IMG/VR virus record: IMGVR_UViG_3300031965_000041
Span: 1 to 52,135 of that record
Reading direction: 5' to 3' (one strand)
Source: a virus
Lineage: Duplodnaviria; Caudoviricetes
DNA: 52,135 nt
The position numbers and the translations under genes are program-made. Below the pieces are notes generated by a model that did no database searches, was not told the DNA's origin, and saw only the letters and a program-made list of their open reading frames with translations. Shown piece after piece: positions 16,521-27,304 of this stretch. Each line of letters opens with the position of its first letter. Position 1 is the first letter of the stretch.

Positions 16521-17423
16521 TCAAGAGAAGTCCTCATCGTGCAGAAACCCCTCTGCGTCGATGGTGTAGGTGAGCGATCCAGTCCCGTCCGTGGCCTCCG
16601 ATGCATGGGTGATCGCACACACAAGTTCGTGGTCGGCGTCGGTCGTGTTCTCGATGTAGATCACCACACCACCAACGTTCCCCACGTCGAGATCCCCGGA
16701 CCCGAAAACGATGTTGTCGCAGTCCAGTTCCCCGCGGTCGTTGGCGTCGTCTTGGTTGGACGCCACACCTGCCAATGTCTGTCTGGCGTAGCCCGTACCT
16801 GATAGCTCGTATGGGGCAACCGCCTCAACGTAGTTGTCCGCAGGATCGAAGACAAACGACGTGTCCACAAGCAGCGCCTTCAACGTTTTCCCGGCCAGGG
16901 TTTGCAGAGAATACTTGTGCCTCGCTCTCGTGTAGGCTCGCAGGAGCCGACCGGCCGCGGGGGAGTACCCGTCCGGGTAGTTGTAGTCCACCAGGATCCC
17001 GGCGTCGGGCCAGACGATGCGCACGGTCTTCCCGTCCGTGGTGTAGCTCAGCCCACCGATAGTACCGTTGCCGAAGTAGGCAATCGGGATCGCGGTAGCG
17101 TCCGATCCGCCAGTCTCGTAGATGAGCACAGCGCCAACGATGGTTCCGGCATTGATGCCCACCCAATCCACGTTGTCCCCGGTGAGGCGCGACCCGGCGA
17201 TCGCGTCCACCTGGGTGCCAGTGAGGTTGGCGAGGGTCGTTCGTCCAGACCCGCCGTATCCGCTCGTGTACCCTGTCCCGGTCAACTCCGTGGCCCCAAG
17301 CCCCGATACGGTTGCGTGATCCGGGTTGAAGCTGTAGGAAGAAACGAGCATCACCTTGAGGGTCATCCCAGCCAGGTCCTCGACGGAGTACTGATGCTTG
17401 GCAATGTTGTACCACTCAGGCAT
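16521..17423 (-). CDS. Minor tail protein with two tandem homologous domains
   Basis: KHQYS..LAGMTLKVMLV..ELTGTGY and RHKYS..LAGKTLKALLV..ELSGTGY. Confidence 0.75.
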   Translation of the reverse strand: MPEWYNIAKHQYSVEDLAGMTLKVMLVSSYSFNPDHATVSGLGATELTGTGYTSGYGGSGRTTLANLTGTQVDAIAGSRLTGDNVDWVGINAGTIVGAVLIYETGGSDATAIPIAYFGNGTIGGLSYTTDGKTVRIVWPDAGILVDYNYPDGYSPAAGRLLRAYTRARHKYSLQTLAGKTLKALLVDTSFVFDPADNYVEAVAPYELSGTGYARQTLAGVASNQDDANDRGELDCDNIVFGSGDLDVGNVGGVVIYIENTTDADHELVCAITHASEATDGTGSLTYTIDAEGFLHDEDFS

Positions 17424-20295
17424 AGGTCACCGTAGGACTGACGACAAGGCGCCGTCGGATTGCGGAGGAGGGCTCGATAGTGGGGCCTTCGGCGCCCCCC
17501 TCGCGTTTCTCAACAACCCGCTCGCCGCGGTAGTGGCCGTAGCCGAGCTTGTGATATGCGTTTCCCTCCCGAAAGGAGGCGTTGGGGCTCCCCACGCCAG
17601 CCATGTAGGTGTTGATGTCCTCTTGTCGTTCACCCTCTCCGATTGTGAACTTTCCAAATGGCGGCACCTGGCCAGGCGCTCTTGAAATGGACGAATAAAA
17701 TGCGTCCGCGTCAATGTTGAATCCGTCCGTGTTGGGCGCGTTCTTCGCTCCAAATCCAGTTTGAAAGGAGGTTGAGAGTAGCGGTACATCGAGTAGGAGT
17801 AGGTTCCCAGCATACGTCTGCTGGTTGTTCGCAGTCTCGCCGTAGGCAAACAGGGTGAGGCCCTTGTACTCGCCGGGTGGGATGAACCCCATCCACGAGT
17901 TGTCTTTGTCCATGTACGGACCCACAGTACCGAATAGAGTTATCCGATTCATGGTGTTGTATTCGGTAATGAATGTCGTAAGCGTGGTCACCGCCTCCGC
18001 TGACCCAACGTGCTGCAAACTGAACCCTCCGCGCCGCGTGATGAAAGTGAATGGACTCTTAGGCGTGAGGTCTTGCACCATCCCCTCTTGCCAAAACCGG
18101 ACCGCGCCGCCGGCCGATTTCGTGGGCCAGAACAACCAAACGACCTTGCGGCCCTCCTTCACCCGGAGCCGCTCCATAAACGGCATGCCGTGGTACGCCT
18201 CCCCGCAAAAGGGGCTCTTTAGGACTTGCGACTGGTCGTCACCGAACGACGTGTAGGAGCGCCCCGACTTGTTGGCTTGGCTGCTCAGGCTGTAAGTTCC
18301 CGCCCGCTTCATCGGGTGGAAGAGGTCGCGCTGCTTTCTGATACGGTTCGTGAGCGATGTCACCTTGCGCTGATACTGCTCCACTTGGTTCAATAGATAG
18401 GCTTCCTGGCTCTGCCCCTCCAGCATCTCCTCGTAGGTCTGGACGCGGATCTCAGTGTCACCGGGATCATGCAGATTGACTTTCTTGAACTTGACCCACG
18501 CGGTGTCGTCTACACTCAATTCGTCGTCGATGATGCGCGCGACGTCGGAGACGCCGAAGGAGTCGTAGGGGTGGCGCGCCGAGTCCTCCGCAGACAGGTC
18601 GCGCATCTTGACTTCGTGATGGATCGACGGGACGCGCCGCCGCGCCATCTCTCTGTACACCCGAACCCAGAGTTGATGGCGGCTGGTGATGTCCACCCAT
18701 CCTGAGGACAAGGAAGCCGATGGCTCGACCTGGATCGAGTCGATGTAAAACTCGGAATCTCCGTCCCCGAGTTGCGTGATGTAGAGCGCCCCGTCGTCGC
18801 CTTCGGTGTTCTGTAAGCCTTCGAGGGTCAGGATGTGCCACTCGCCCGCCCCACTCACGTCTATCTGCGCTTCCTTGGCTGTATACGGTGGAAACACGCG
18901 GCCACGCTCCGCGCTGCCGATGCCCTGCGTAAAATCACCTTCGATGGCGAACATCGTGATCCTGCCAGAGACCAAGTAAACCAAAGCCTTGGCTGAGAAA
19001 TACTCGGTGTCGTAATCGGCCAGCCCGAAGTCGAACGCCGTGTAGACGCCGGCGCCCTGGCGATCCGTCACGACCTTTTGTGACCGCGTGCCGTTCTGGA
19101 TGTACTGGAGATCCGCGTTCTCGGTCAACGCGGCCGATCGGTCGGCGTAGTCGAAGGTTTGATCTTTGATGATCGGGTGAGCCCCGGACGAAAACGCATC
19201 CCTGGACAGGAACGGGTCATTGATGAGGTTGTCCACCAACTCCAAATCGCCCTCGTCGAGAAACCCGTCTACCCACCCGATGGAATCGTACTGTTCCCGG
19301 TCCTCGATCCAGTCGAGTAACTGAGGTCCCGAGCCCTTGTCCACCCACAGACGGAAGTACGCAACGTCGGGCGGAGTGGTGTGTCCGACCGCAGGTGAGT
19401 ACGCGATATCGTCGTCCCCGTTCGGGCCGAACCCAGCCGCGAAGTCGGTCACCTCGTTCAGCACACCCACCTCGTGCCGGAACTCCAGGTAGTAGGTGTA
19501 GGCAGCGGTGCCGACATAGCAGTCGTCCGACAGTCCCAAGTACAGGGCGGACACCGCTTTGTCCCCACCGTAGTCCCTCTCGACCGTCGTGACCGGGTGC
19601 CACGTACCGGCCAGGGTCATCCGCGGATCGCCCCCGCCGAAGCCGTACATACGCGAGACCAAGTCCCCCGAGTCCTCTTCCTCCTCCTCCTGGAGCAATT
19701 GCTTCCGGACGTGCAACACGAGATCGGGCGTGCCTGTCAGGGACTTACGCTTGTTGAGATCCACAGACTTGTCGTCGTTGACCACCAACACGGCGTCGAG
19801 AACCTCGGCGAGTCCCCGCAGGTTGTCGAGGCGCGAGGTTCCGCCAACCGAGAACTCGGGCACCTGGAACGCACCAAGAACGGCGTTGACGCTGCCAACC
19901 GTGAAGTCGGACCCGTCGAGGATCCTGGTAACGAGGTCCTCCGCGGCGGCTCCCGAGTACAGGGTCGGTGACCCTGGGAGCACTTCCTTAGCCAGATCGT
20001 TGGTGATGTGCTCGCACCGGACCGGCACGGAACGGACTCCGTCACGGTCCCGCATGCGGCCGATGCCGACCACGCGAAACTTCCGCGGCGTCGCGCTTGA
20101 GCCCACCTCCTTGACCCACACCTGTTTCCGCCTGGAGATGTGCTCGTAGGCCGCGGAGGTAATCAGCGTCTCGAAGCTCAGGAGATACGATCCGTTCTCC
20201 TCTTGCTCGATGACCGCGTCTTTCACCTCGTCGGGGTGAAACTCCCCCAGCCGCGTGGTGCCCGCAGCATCGAAGACCTGGAGGGTATAGATCAT
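17416..20295 (-). CDS. Tail tip/Tal-like protein (prophage tail endopeptidase-like) with inserted CBM-like domain
   Basis: EENGSYLLSF, VRCEHITNDL, LVSRMYGFGG; located after the distal tail gene. Confidence 0.75.
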   Translation of the reverse strand: MIYTLQVFDAAGTTRLGEFHPDEVKDAVIEQEENGSYLLSFETLITSAAYEHISRRKQVWVKEVGSSATPRKFRVVGIGRMRDRDGVRSVPVRCEHITNDLAKEVLPGSPTLYSGAAAEDLVTRILDGSDFTVGSVNAVLGAFQVPEFSVGGTSRLDNLRGLAEVLDAVLVVNDDKSVDLNKRKSLTGTPDLVLHVRKQLLQEEEEEDSGDLVSRMYGFGGGDPRMTLAGTWHPVTTVERDYGGDKAVSALYLGLSDDCYVGTAAYTYYLEFRHEVGVLNEVTDFAAGFGPNGDDDIAYSPAVGHTTPPDVAYFRLWVDKGSGPQLLDWIEDREQYDSIGWVDGFLDEGDLELVDNLINDPFLSRDAFSSGAHPIIKDQTFDYADRSAALTENADLQYIQNGTRSQKVVTDRQGAGVYTAFDFGLADYDTEYFSAKALVYLVSGRITMFAIEGDFTQGIGSAERGRVFPPYTAKEAQIDVSGAGEWHILTLEGLQNTEGDDGALYITQLGDGDSEFYIDSIQVEPSASLSSGWVDITSRHQLWVRVYREMARRRVPSIHHEVKMRDLSAEDSARHPYDSFGVSDVARIIDDELSVDDTAWVKFKKVNLHDPGDTEIRVQTYEEMLEGQSQEAYLLNQVEQYQRKVTSLTNRIRKQRDLFHPMKRAGTYSLSSQANKSGRSYTSFGDDQSQVLKSPFCGEAYHGMPFMERLRVKEGRKVVWLFWPTKSAGGAVRFWQEGMVQDLTPKSPFTFITRRGGFSLQHVGSAEAVTTLTTFITEYNTMNRITLFGTVGPYMDKDNSWMGFIPPGEYKGLTLFAYGETANNQQTYAGNLLLLDVPLLSTSFQTGFGAKNAPNTDGFNIDADAFYSSISRAPGQVPPFGKFTIGEGERQEDINTYMAGVGSPNASFREGNAYHKLGYGHYRGERVVEKREGGAEGPTIEPSSAIRRRLVVSPTVTYA

Positions 20296-22691
20296 CCGGC
20301 CCCCCCGATCCGCAGAGACGCCTGAATGCCAGGGATGTCAACGTCCGAGTACAAAACGGGACACTCGAAGAACTCCGGCAGGTCGCCGGTGATGTTGGTA
20401 AAGGCGTTCAGCAGCTTGGGGTCGGCGTCGTGGTCCCACTTCTCGATCTTGTAGCGGCTTAGGTCAATCTCCAGCGAGTCGCCGGCCGTCAGGGTGCCGG
20501 CGTAGGTCAGCAGCCGATTGCGGTTGACCGGCACGACGGGGCTGACCAGGTTACGCAGCACGTTCTCCTGCGGGAACTGGTAGACCCAGAACGCGTCCCA
20601 GATGAACGCGTCGCCCAGGATGATGGTGTCCGGAGTACGGTCGCATGCGGTGGTGTCGGTACTGGTATCGGACTCCGCGGCCTGCTCGAACGGATGGCCC
20701 GATGCATTGGGGCGCTCCACGTACAGCCGCATGCCACGGTCCGCTGTAGGTAGCAAGGACCCGTCGGAGTACCGGCACGCCACACCGATAACGCCCCTGG
20801 AGGTGGATCCGGCAAGGGGTGTCACCGTGATGGCGTCCCCGAGAATGCGGACGGTGGACGGAGCGGCAGACCCGGCAGACCCGACCCCGCGCTGGAATGC
20901 GAAGGCTCCGGCAGCCTCATCCCAGAGACACGAGAACAGCGCCCCATTGTCCTTGGCGGCAGTCCACAAAAGAGCAGAACCGAAACCATTCCCGCCACCG
21001 AACAGCGGCAGGCCGTGGGCAACGACGGTGTTTCCAAGCCGATTGACAGGATCTGAGATGACCACGCACTCGCCGGTCTGTACCTGGAGCCGACGCCCGT
21101 AGACGCCGGGCTCAAAGAAGTAGGAGTCCCCCGCTGCCTTGGCCGCCAACTCCACAACAGAGAGATCGTCGAACACGAAGGCCGTGTCCGCGACGGTCGT
21201 CTGAAACATGATCGACGCGGCTCCGGTACCGGTCGCCTTGAAGTGGCCCGAGATCCGGGTCCAGTCCTCACCCACGTCGAAGGATGCGTTAAGAGTGGTC
21301 AGGTCGGTGTTGTCCACCACACGAAGCAGGCCCGTTCCGGCCGTCTTCTTTACCCAGGCGGTGAAGTGGTAGATCTTGTCGGCGGTGACCCCGCCGGTGA
21401 TCGCATGGCGGATCAGCATGTTGGACAAGGTGCCCGCATCGAACGTGACCCCGTAAGAGTACGTGCCGGTGCGCTGGGAGCCTCCCGTTATCTGCGCTTC
21501 CGTCACGTCGGTGGCCACCCACCCGGTCGGGTTGTCCCCGGTCCACGCGTCTTCGAAGGATCCGTTTGCAAGAAGGCTGGGGCACACCACCCAGTCATCG
21601 ATGAGAATCACGTCGTTGGCTTGCGTCGAAGCGATCTTCGGACGCCATGTGGTCGCGCCGGTCGAGGGAGCCACGAATTCCACGAGATCCCACTTGCCCT
21701 CGGTGCCTAACCCGGTCTGCTCTGCAACCGCTGGCCCGCCCGTGGGACCGATGTTCGCGGTGATACCCGCGGCCCCCGCTTCGCGGAACACCCACGCCCG
21801 GAATAGATACTCCTGAGCCGAGACGGAGACGTCCTCGTAGACCTCGGCTCCACCACCGCCACCCGCGGCCAGCCGCAGCGCCTGTGTCCCGAACATGATG
21901 CGGGCCAACGAGTCCGTATGCCCACGCTTGGCCACAGCTCCACCACTCCACGCGCTCGTGCCGGCGGCCTCCATGTCGCCGTCGGTCAACAGATTAGCCG
22001 TCTGGAGCCCGTACAGGACCGCGGTAACATCTGTCCCCAGGGTGCCTTTGGCGGTCAGAGTCCCGTCGAATCCGTGGGTGATCCCGTGCTCCGCGCTGGC
22101 AATCCGCGGGTTCGTGCAGGGTCCGAAGATCCGGAGGAGCGCATCCCGGTAGCTCGACCCGTAGCGAGATCCGTTCTCCAGCAGAAACGCAAACTCGGGT
22201 TGGCTCGTCGCTGCCTGCCGGAAGGTCGAGTAGACCGGGGTTTCGGATGTCCCGTATGCGGACGGCGCCACATCAATAGCGTCAACGTGAGTGATCGTGA
22301 ACTCCACGGCCACGTTGACCTCGGGGTTGAGTCGCCGCGGCCCAGCCTGATCGGTGGGATCGAACTCGTCCAGCGTGTCGAAGTAGTAGCGCGAGGCGCC
22401 GTTGTCGTCGGCAAGCTGGACGTACCCCAACGACCGGGACAGAGACGGGTACCGCGTGTCGGACCGCAAGGCCCTGAGCATCGTGTCCTTCGATGCGGTG
22501 GTCATGTAGCCGAGAAGGCGCAGCTTGGCTTCCTCGTAGGTCCCGCCCTGGGTATGGATCCCGTGTCGGTGCGGGAACTCTACTTCGCGCCGACGCAGGG
22601 AGACGTTCTTGAGGATCCGCAGGACCTCGAATCCGAAGTGAGCACGAACGTCCATGCCGTTGATGACGACCGAGGTAGTGAGTGCCATCAT
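20292..22691 (-). CDS. Distal tail protein (evolved Dit) with carbohydrate-binding modules
   Basis: Follows the tape measure; IFGPCTNPRI...LTAGDSLEIDL flank NLLTDGDME and LLANGSFE CBM4/9-like starts. Confidence 0.75.
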   Translation of the reverse strand: MMALTTSVVINGMDVRAHFGFEVLRILKNVSLRRREVEFPHRHGIHTQGGTYEEAKLRLLGYMTTASKDTMLRALRSDTRYPSLSRSLGYVQLADDNGASRYYFDTLDEFDPTDQAGPRRLNPEVNVAVEFTITHVDAIDVAPSAYGTSETPVYSTFRQAATSQPEFAFLLENGSRYGSSYRDALLRIFGPCTNPRIASAEHGITHGFDGTLTAKGTLGTDVTAVLYGLQTANLLTDGDMEAAGTSAWSGGAVAKRGHTDSLARIMFGTQALRLAAGGGGGAEVYEDVSVSAQEYLFRAWVFREAGAAGITANIGPTGGPAVAEQTGLGTEGKWDLVEFVAPSTGATTWRPKIASTQANDVILIDDWVVCPSLLANGSFEDAWTGDNPTGWVATDVTEAQITGGSQRTGTYSYGVTFDAGTLSNMLIRHAITGGVTADKIYHFTAWVKKTAGTGLLRVVDNTDLTTLNASFDVGEDWTRISGHFKATGTGAASIMFQTTVADTAFVFDDLSVVELAAKAAGDSYFFEPGVYGRRLQVQTGECVVISDPVNRLGNTVVAHGLPLFGGGNGFGSALLWTAAKDNGALFSCLWDEAAGAFAFQRGVGSAGSAAPSTVRILGDAITVTPLAGSTSRGVIGVACRYSDGSLLPTADRGMRLYVERPNASGHPFEQAAESDTSTDTTACDRTPDTIILGDAFIWDAFWVYQFPQENVLRNLVSPVVPVNRNRLLTYAGTLTAGDSLEIDLSRYKIEKWDHDADPKLLNAFTNITGDLPEFFECPVLYSDVDIPGIQASLRIGGAG

Positions 22692-25600
22692 AGCCCGCTC
22701 CTGGTTTGGCGCCGGGCCTTCCCGGCGGAGCGGAGGCGGACCTTGGAACCGATGGCGTCACGGACGCCCGAAGCCGTGGCCGCGCGAACGGTTGCTACAT
22801 CCGTGGTGCCAGTGAACGTCTGGTAGATCGACACTTCCTGCACGCCGGTAGGCGTGTCCTCTACTCCTTCCAGGGCCATGCGCGTGTTGTGCGCGATGTC
22901 CGCCAAGAGCTGCTCCTGGGCTCGCATCACGAGAAGCTGGGTGTTGCCGATGCCGATCCATGTGCGTCCCTGTTCCTCGGTCATGCCGACCGTTCTGGAG
23001 ACGGTGGTGATGTCGTCGGCGCCGCCGGCCCCCTGATCGCCCAGGCTTTCAATGTCGAGGATGAGCTGCTTAAGTTCCTCCTCGGTTAACTCGCCCTCTT
23101 CGATCTTCTGAAGGATCTCTACTATTTCCTGGATCGATACGCCCAGGAGATCCGCAAGCTCCTGGAGCATCGGGTTGGCGGCATTGAGCGCCATCGCGAT
23201 CGGGTCCGTGATCGGGTCGCCCGTGAGAAATTGCACGGGTACGCCGGAACTCCCTGTGATGAGCTGCCCGAATAGCTCCATGGACCGTTCCAAGTCCTCG
23301 GGGCTGAGGTTGGATAAATCTATACCCGTGAACTGCTTAAAGATCTGCAACAGCCGTTCCATCTGTTCGGCTGGGTCGTTAATGTCGAGCAATTCAAACT
23401 CGAATCTGGCGGCGCCGATCGCACCCTCAAAGGTGTCAAGCGCGAAGTTTGCGAACTGCTTGATGCGGTGCTCAAGCTCGTCAAACGCCTCGTTTATTAG
23501 ATCCTTCAAGCGTGCGACGTCTCTGTCACTCAGCTCCTTCGGAATCGCCAACCCAAGCTGCTCGGCCAGCCTACGGAGGTCCGCCATGGCTACGGCAAGC
23601 CTGGACTGCAAACGGATCCTCGCGTCGCCGTCGGCCTCTACGAGTTCTTTGTTGATCTGTTCAACCTCGCGCATCAAAGCGAACAGCTCATCGAATCCTT
23701 GCTTGCGTGAGGAAAGCTCCGAGCCGACGGACTCTTGAATCGACGTGACGAACTCTTCGAGCGCTTGTGCAGAACGGGCCATCTTTTCGGCGGCAGACGC
23801 ACCACTCTGGAACATGCCGCCCAACAGTTGCACCGCAGCGCCGATACCGGCCACTCCCAGCGAGAGCTTGTCCAGGTTGTCGAACCCGCCCTCGCCAAGA
23901 TCCGAGGCGAGTCCGCGAATCCGGAGGAACGCGCCGATGGCGGACCCGAGCTGCCCCGCGGCACCGCCGGCGGCGTTGCCAAGATCCACCGCAGCATCGG
24001 CCAGGAGTTCGATACTGTCGGTCGTCTCCTCGGGGAGATTGCCCACCATTCTCCCGCCGAGCCCGCCGAACATCCCCGTTCCGCCCTCCGGTACCGCCCG
24101 GGCGCGCGTGGGAATCAGTCTGCCCCCTGGACCGATGGCCATGCTGGACGCGATCAATCGCTCCTGCATGGCGAGGACTTTCTTCTGGTGCTCCTCCTCC
24201 AGCCTCAGCTTGTCGCTGAGTCGCTCCTCCCAGATCCGGATATACTCGGGGTTGGCCTTGGCCAGCGCTTCGAGTTCGGCGGAAGCGAACTTCTCCCCCG
24301 TCTCTGCAGCGATGAAGTCGACGATGCGCTGCCGCTCGGCGTCGATCTTCGCCTGGGCGGATGCGATGGCGCGCTGTAAACCCGCGGCAATGTCTTCGGG
24401 CTTGGGAAACGGCGACACACGCGCAATGCCAAGTCCGTACTCAACTCCAATACTCCTGAGAGCGAGCACGAGCTTCCCCAACTTCTCACGTGACTCCTCA
24501 ATATGGTCTTTCCCGAATACAGTGGGCAGCGCATTCTCAAGAGTGCGGATAATCTCACGGTAACGCTTCGTCTCTACTCCCGTCGCGTCTACTGCGGTTC
24601 TGAGGTCGTTCCACTCAAGGATCACCTTGCCCACACCAAAGGCGTCTACAAGTTCGGCAAAGTCCTTCCTGGCAAACTCGGCCTCTTCCCGGGCGGATGC
24701 CACAGATGAGAACATCTCCTGGATCCGTGTTCCGAGTTCTGCCTCGGTAAACGCCCGGCCGCCGTCCCTCAGGGTCTGAACGAAATCCCGCAACGAGCGG
24801 TCCTTCAATTCATCATTGAGCGCATCAAGAGAGACCGTAACCCCGGTAATGTTGCCCTGTGTTCCGGTCAATAGGGGGGCAAGCAGCTTCGCGGTCCGAA
24901 GTGCGGCATCCATGGCGTCGGACGGGTCGTCAAACCGGATCGGAACACGAGCCGCGCGTTGGCCGCCACGAGCAATATCGACTTCCAGTCGGTTGCGGGC
25001 AGTTTGGAAGTCTTCGAACCTTCGGAGTACACGCCCCATCCTGTCCTCAGCGCGCTGCATTTCGTCCGCAGCTTCCCGGAATCGCTCTTTGAGTTCGCTG
25101 CTGATGGCATCGACAGACGCGTCGCGCAGCTCGCGCATGAGATCGATGTTGAACCCAAGAGCCTCGCCCATTGCGTTCAGGCCGGTTACAGCCTCAGGGA
25201 ATGTTCTGGCCAAGACTCGCGTGATCGTGTTCAGTTCCTCGGTCTCTTCGACTGTGCGTACCTGCGTGTTACGCAATTGCTGGTACCGCGCAATCATGGG
25301 CTCAAGATCTTCGGTCAATCGGCGCTGGGACCCGCTGAGTCTGGTGACTTGGTCCAGGCGGTCCTCCATGGAATCACCAAACAGGGCCGAGTCAAGACCC
25401 TCCACAATCTTGTTGGCAGTTCCCAGCACGGTATTCCCGAAGAGAACCCATTGCCGGCTGATCTTGTTCTGCAGTAGCTTCCGGTGATTCTCCAGGGTGT
25501 TGTTCATCTCCTCAAACGCTGCCTGGCTGCTCCCCAGAGACCCATTCACTTCCACGTCCACGATCCTGGCGAACTCCTGGTACTGGTTCCCGGCCAACGC

Positions 25601-26473
25601 CATGATGACGTTCAAGGCCCGCTGCTCCGGAATCAGCTTCTTCATCAGCTCGATGTTGCCCTCGGTGGCGTCCCGGAACTCTCCAAGCCACTTCACGAAT
25701 CCCTTCGCCTTGATCTCTCCGATGGTGAAGGCCAGACCGAGCTTCTCAGCGGTTTGCTTCGCCTCGTCGCCGGCGCCGACAACGGAGAGCATGGCCGCCC
25801 GCAAACCAGTCGTGGCGATGGCCGCGTCGAACCCGCCCTTGGTCAACGTCGCAATCGCGGCCGCAAGCTCTTCGAGTTGCAGCCCCGCTTGCGCCCACAC
25901 CGGGATCGCTGTACCGATGTTCGACGCCAGTTGCTCAAAGGTGATCTTGCCTTCGCGGACGGTCGTGAAAAGAACGTCGGCGACGCCGCTGGCCTCGCGC
26001 GCCTGCATCCCGAACGCATTGAGGATCGTGGTGATGACGTCCACGGCGGTGAAGGTGGACGTGAGACCGCCCGTAGCTGCCTTGGCCGCCGTGCGAAGAA
26101 CGAACAGGGAATCCGAGGCACCGGAGATCCCCGAGGAGAGAACCTGGTAGTACCCCTTCGCCAGCATGGAGGAGTCTTGCGGAATGATGTTGGTGAGGCC
26201 CAACACCCGCTGCTCCATGGCGCCGATCTCGGCGGAAGTACCATTCATGATGGTCTTGACTTCAGACCACGATGATTCCCACTTGGACGCGGCGGCGACA
26301 GCCTTGACGCCGACGGCGGTCATCGCCGCACCGATGCCTAAGGCGATCCCGGCGGGACTCTTCGCAAGCGCAGCGATCCGCCCCAGGCTGCCGGACACAG
26401 CCCGCTCGCCCGTCGCCAGGCCGGCGGTGTCGTAGCCTACGCCGTATGCGAGCCGGTCAATAATGAGCGGCAA
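22688..26473 (-). CDS. Tail tape measure protein (TP901 family)
   Basis: 1261 aa, helical; ADVLFTTVREGKITFEQLA, AAIATLTKGG...ATTGLR. Confidence 0.92.
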   Translation of the reverse strand: MPLIIDRLAYGVGYDTAGLATGERAVSGSLGRIAALAKSPAGIALGIGAAMTAVGVKAVAAASKWESSWSEVKTIMNGTSAEIGAMEQRVLGLTNIIPQDSSMLAKGYYQVLSSGISGASDSLFVLRTAAKAATGGLTSTFTAVDVITTILNAFGMQAREASGVADVLFTTVREGKITFEQLASNIGTAIPVWAQAGLQLEELAAAIATLTKGGFDAAIATTGLRAAMLSVVGAGDEAKQTAEKLGLAFTIGEIKAKGFVKWLGEFRDATEGNIELMKKLIPEQRALNVIMALAGNQYQEFARIVDVEVNGSLGSSQAAFEEMNNTLENHRKLLQNKISRQWVLFGNTVLGTANKIVEGLDSALFGDSMEDRLDQVTRLSGSQRRLTEDLEPMIARYQQLRNTQVRTVEETEELNTITRVLARTFPEAVTGLNAMGEALGFNIDLMRELRDASVDAISSELKERFREAADEMQRAEDRMGRVLRRFEDFQTARNRLEVDIARGGQRAARVPIRFDDPSDAMDAALRTAKLLAPLLTGTQGNITGVTVSLDALNDELKDRSLRDFVQTLRDGGRAFTEAELGTRIQEMFSSVASAREEAEFARKDFAELVDAFGVGKVILEWNDLRTAVDATGVETKRYREIIRTLENALPTVFGKDHIEESREKLGKLVLALRSIGVEYGLGIARVSPFPKPEDIAAGLQRAIASAQAKIDAERQRIVDFIAAETGEKFASAELEALAKANPEYIRIWEERLSDKLRLEEEHQKKVLAMQERLIASSMAIGPGGRLIPTRARAVPEGGTGMFGGLGGRMVGNLPEETTDSIELLADAAVDLGNAAGGAAGQLGSAIGAFLRIRGLASDLGEGGFDNLDKLSLGVAGIGAAVQLLGGMFQSGASAAEKMARSAQALEEFVTSIQESVGSELSSRKQGFDELFALMREVEQINKELVEADGDARIRLQSRLAVAMADLRRLAEQLGLAIPKELSDRDVARLKDLINEAFDELEHRIKQFANFALDTFEGAIGAARFEFELLDINDPAEQMERLLQIFKQFTGIDLSNLSPEDLERSMELFGQLITGSSGVPVQFLTGDPITDPIAMALNAANPMLQELADLLGVSIQEIVEILQKIEEGELTEEELKQLILDIESLGDQGAGGADDITTVSRTVGMTEEQGRTWIGIGNTQLLVMRAQEQLLADIAHNTRMALEGVEDTPTGVQEVSIYQTFTGTTDVATVRAATASGVRDAIGSKVRLRSAGKARRQTRSGL

Positions 26474-26498
26474 ACTTCCCTACCCTCTCCCCACGTCG

Positions 26499-26697
26499 TC
26501 ACACGTCTGCCCATTCGTCCACCGTCGGACCGCTCTTGCGGAACGTCCGACCGTAGCCCCGGAGGCTCGCTATCAGCGGCCCACGTCCGATCCCCCACAT
26601 CACGTACTCGGGACTGTATGCGCCCCTTGTGGCCCGGAGGATCATCCCAAGGAAGTCCTCGACCGCGGTTATACCGACAGGACCAGAATTTTTTTTT
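26499..26697 (-). CDS. Tail assembly chaperone frameshift extension (gpGT-like)
   Basis: -1 frame after the slippery run GGAAAAAAAAAT at 26688-26699. Confidence 0.7.
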
Positions 26698-27304
26698 CCG
26701 CGGCCCGCTGCAACACCACGTCGCGCATGAGCCACGCTTCGATGGCCTTCCGGCCCTCTTCGCCCGGGATTCCCCAGGCCGCCTCATCCTCGGATAACGC
26801 AAAGCTATTCTCATCCGGAGGTCCAGGGGGGTTCTTGGGTGGTTCCGCAAGTAGTTGCAGGATGCGGATATACGCCTTACCCCGCTCGGTCTGCACCTTC
26901 CCCACCGCCTCCATCTGCGCCTTGCGGATGCTCTCGGCAAGGCGTTCCGCTTCGCCGTCTTTCTTGTCTTTGATGAGCTGGGCGAACTCGGTTATCCGTT
27001 CCATCGTGATGGCGTCGGTCGTCTGCCCTTCGTCGGCGGCCGCGATGATCTTCCGAAACTCGGCGAAGATCATGTTGGTGATCCCCTGCGGCTTCGAGCG
27101 GACGTTGTACGTCTTGATGGCCGTACCGTCGGCGTCGTACACGCACATCTTGGTTGGCAGGTCCATGGCATCGGCCATGCGCTGCGTCTCGATGTAGTCC
27201 TCGATGATGGCCCGGGTGTTGTCCTTGGGCGGTTTCGGCTCACGCGGCTTCTGCGCCTGCCGGTCGGGCTTGGGCGGAGGCGGAGGGGCGAACTCGTCGG
27301 TCAT
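26669..27304 (-). CDS. Tail assembly chaperone (gpG-like)
   Basis: Directly upstream of the tape measure; A9 slippery site near its end. Confidence 0.7.
   Translation of the reverse strand: MTDEFAPPPPPKPDRQAQKPREPKPPKDNTRAIIEDYIETQRMADAMDLPTKMCVYDADGTAIKTYNVRSKPQGITNMIFAEFRKIIAAADEGQTTDAITMERITEFAQLIKDKKDGEAERLAESIRKAQMEAVGKVQTERGKAYIRILQLLAEPPKNPPGPPDENSFALSEDEAAWGIPGEEGRKAIEAWLMRDVVLQRAAEKKILVLSV

Noticed and set aside
15932-16624. N-terminal extension of the 773-aa ORF
   Set aside because: Overlaps a real gene; the signal peptide and coupling place the start at 15931.
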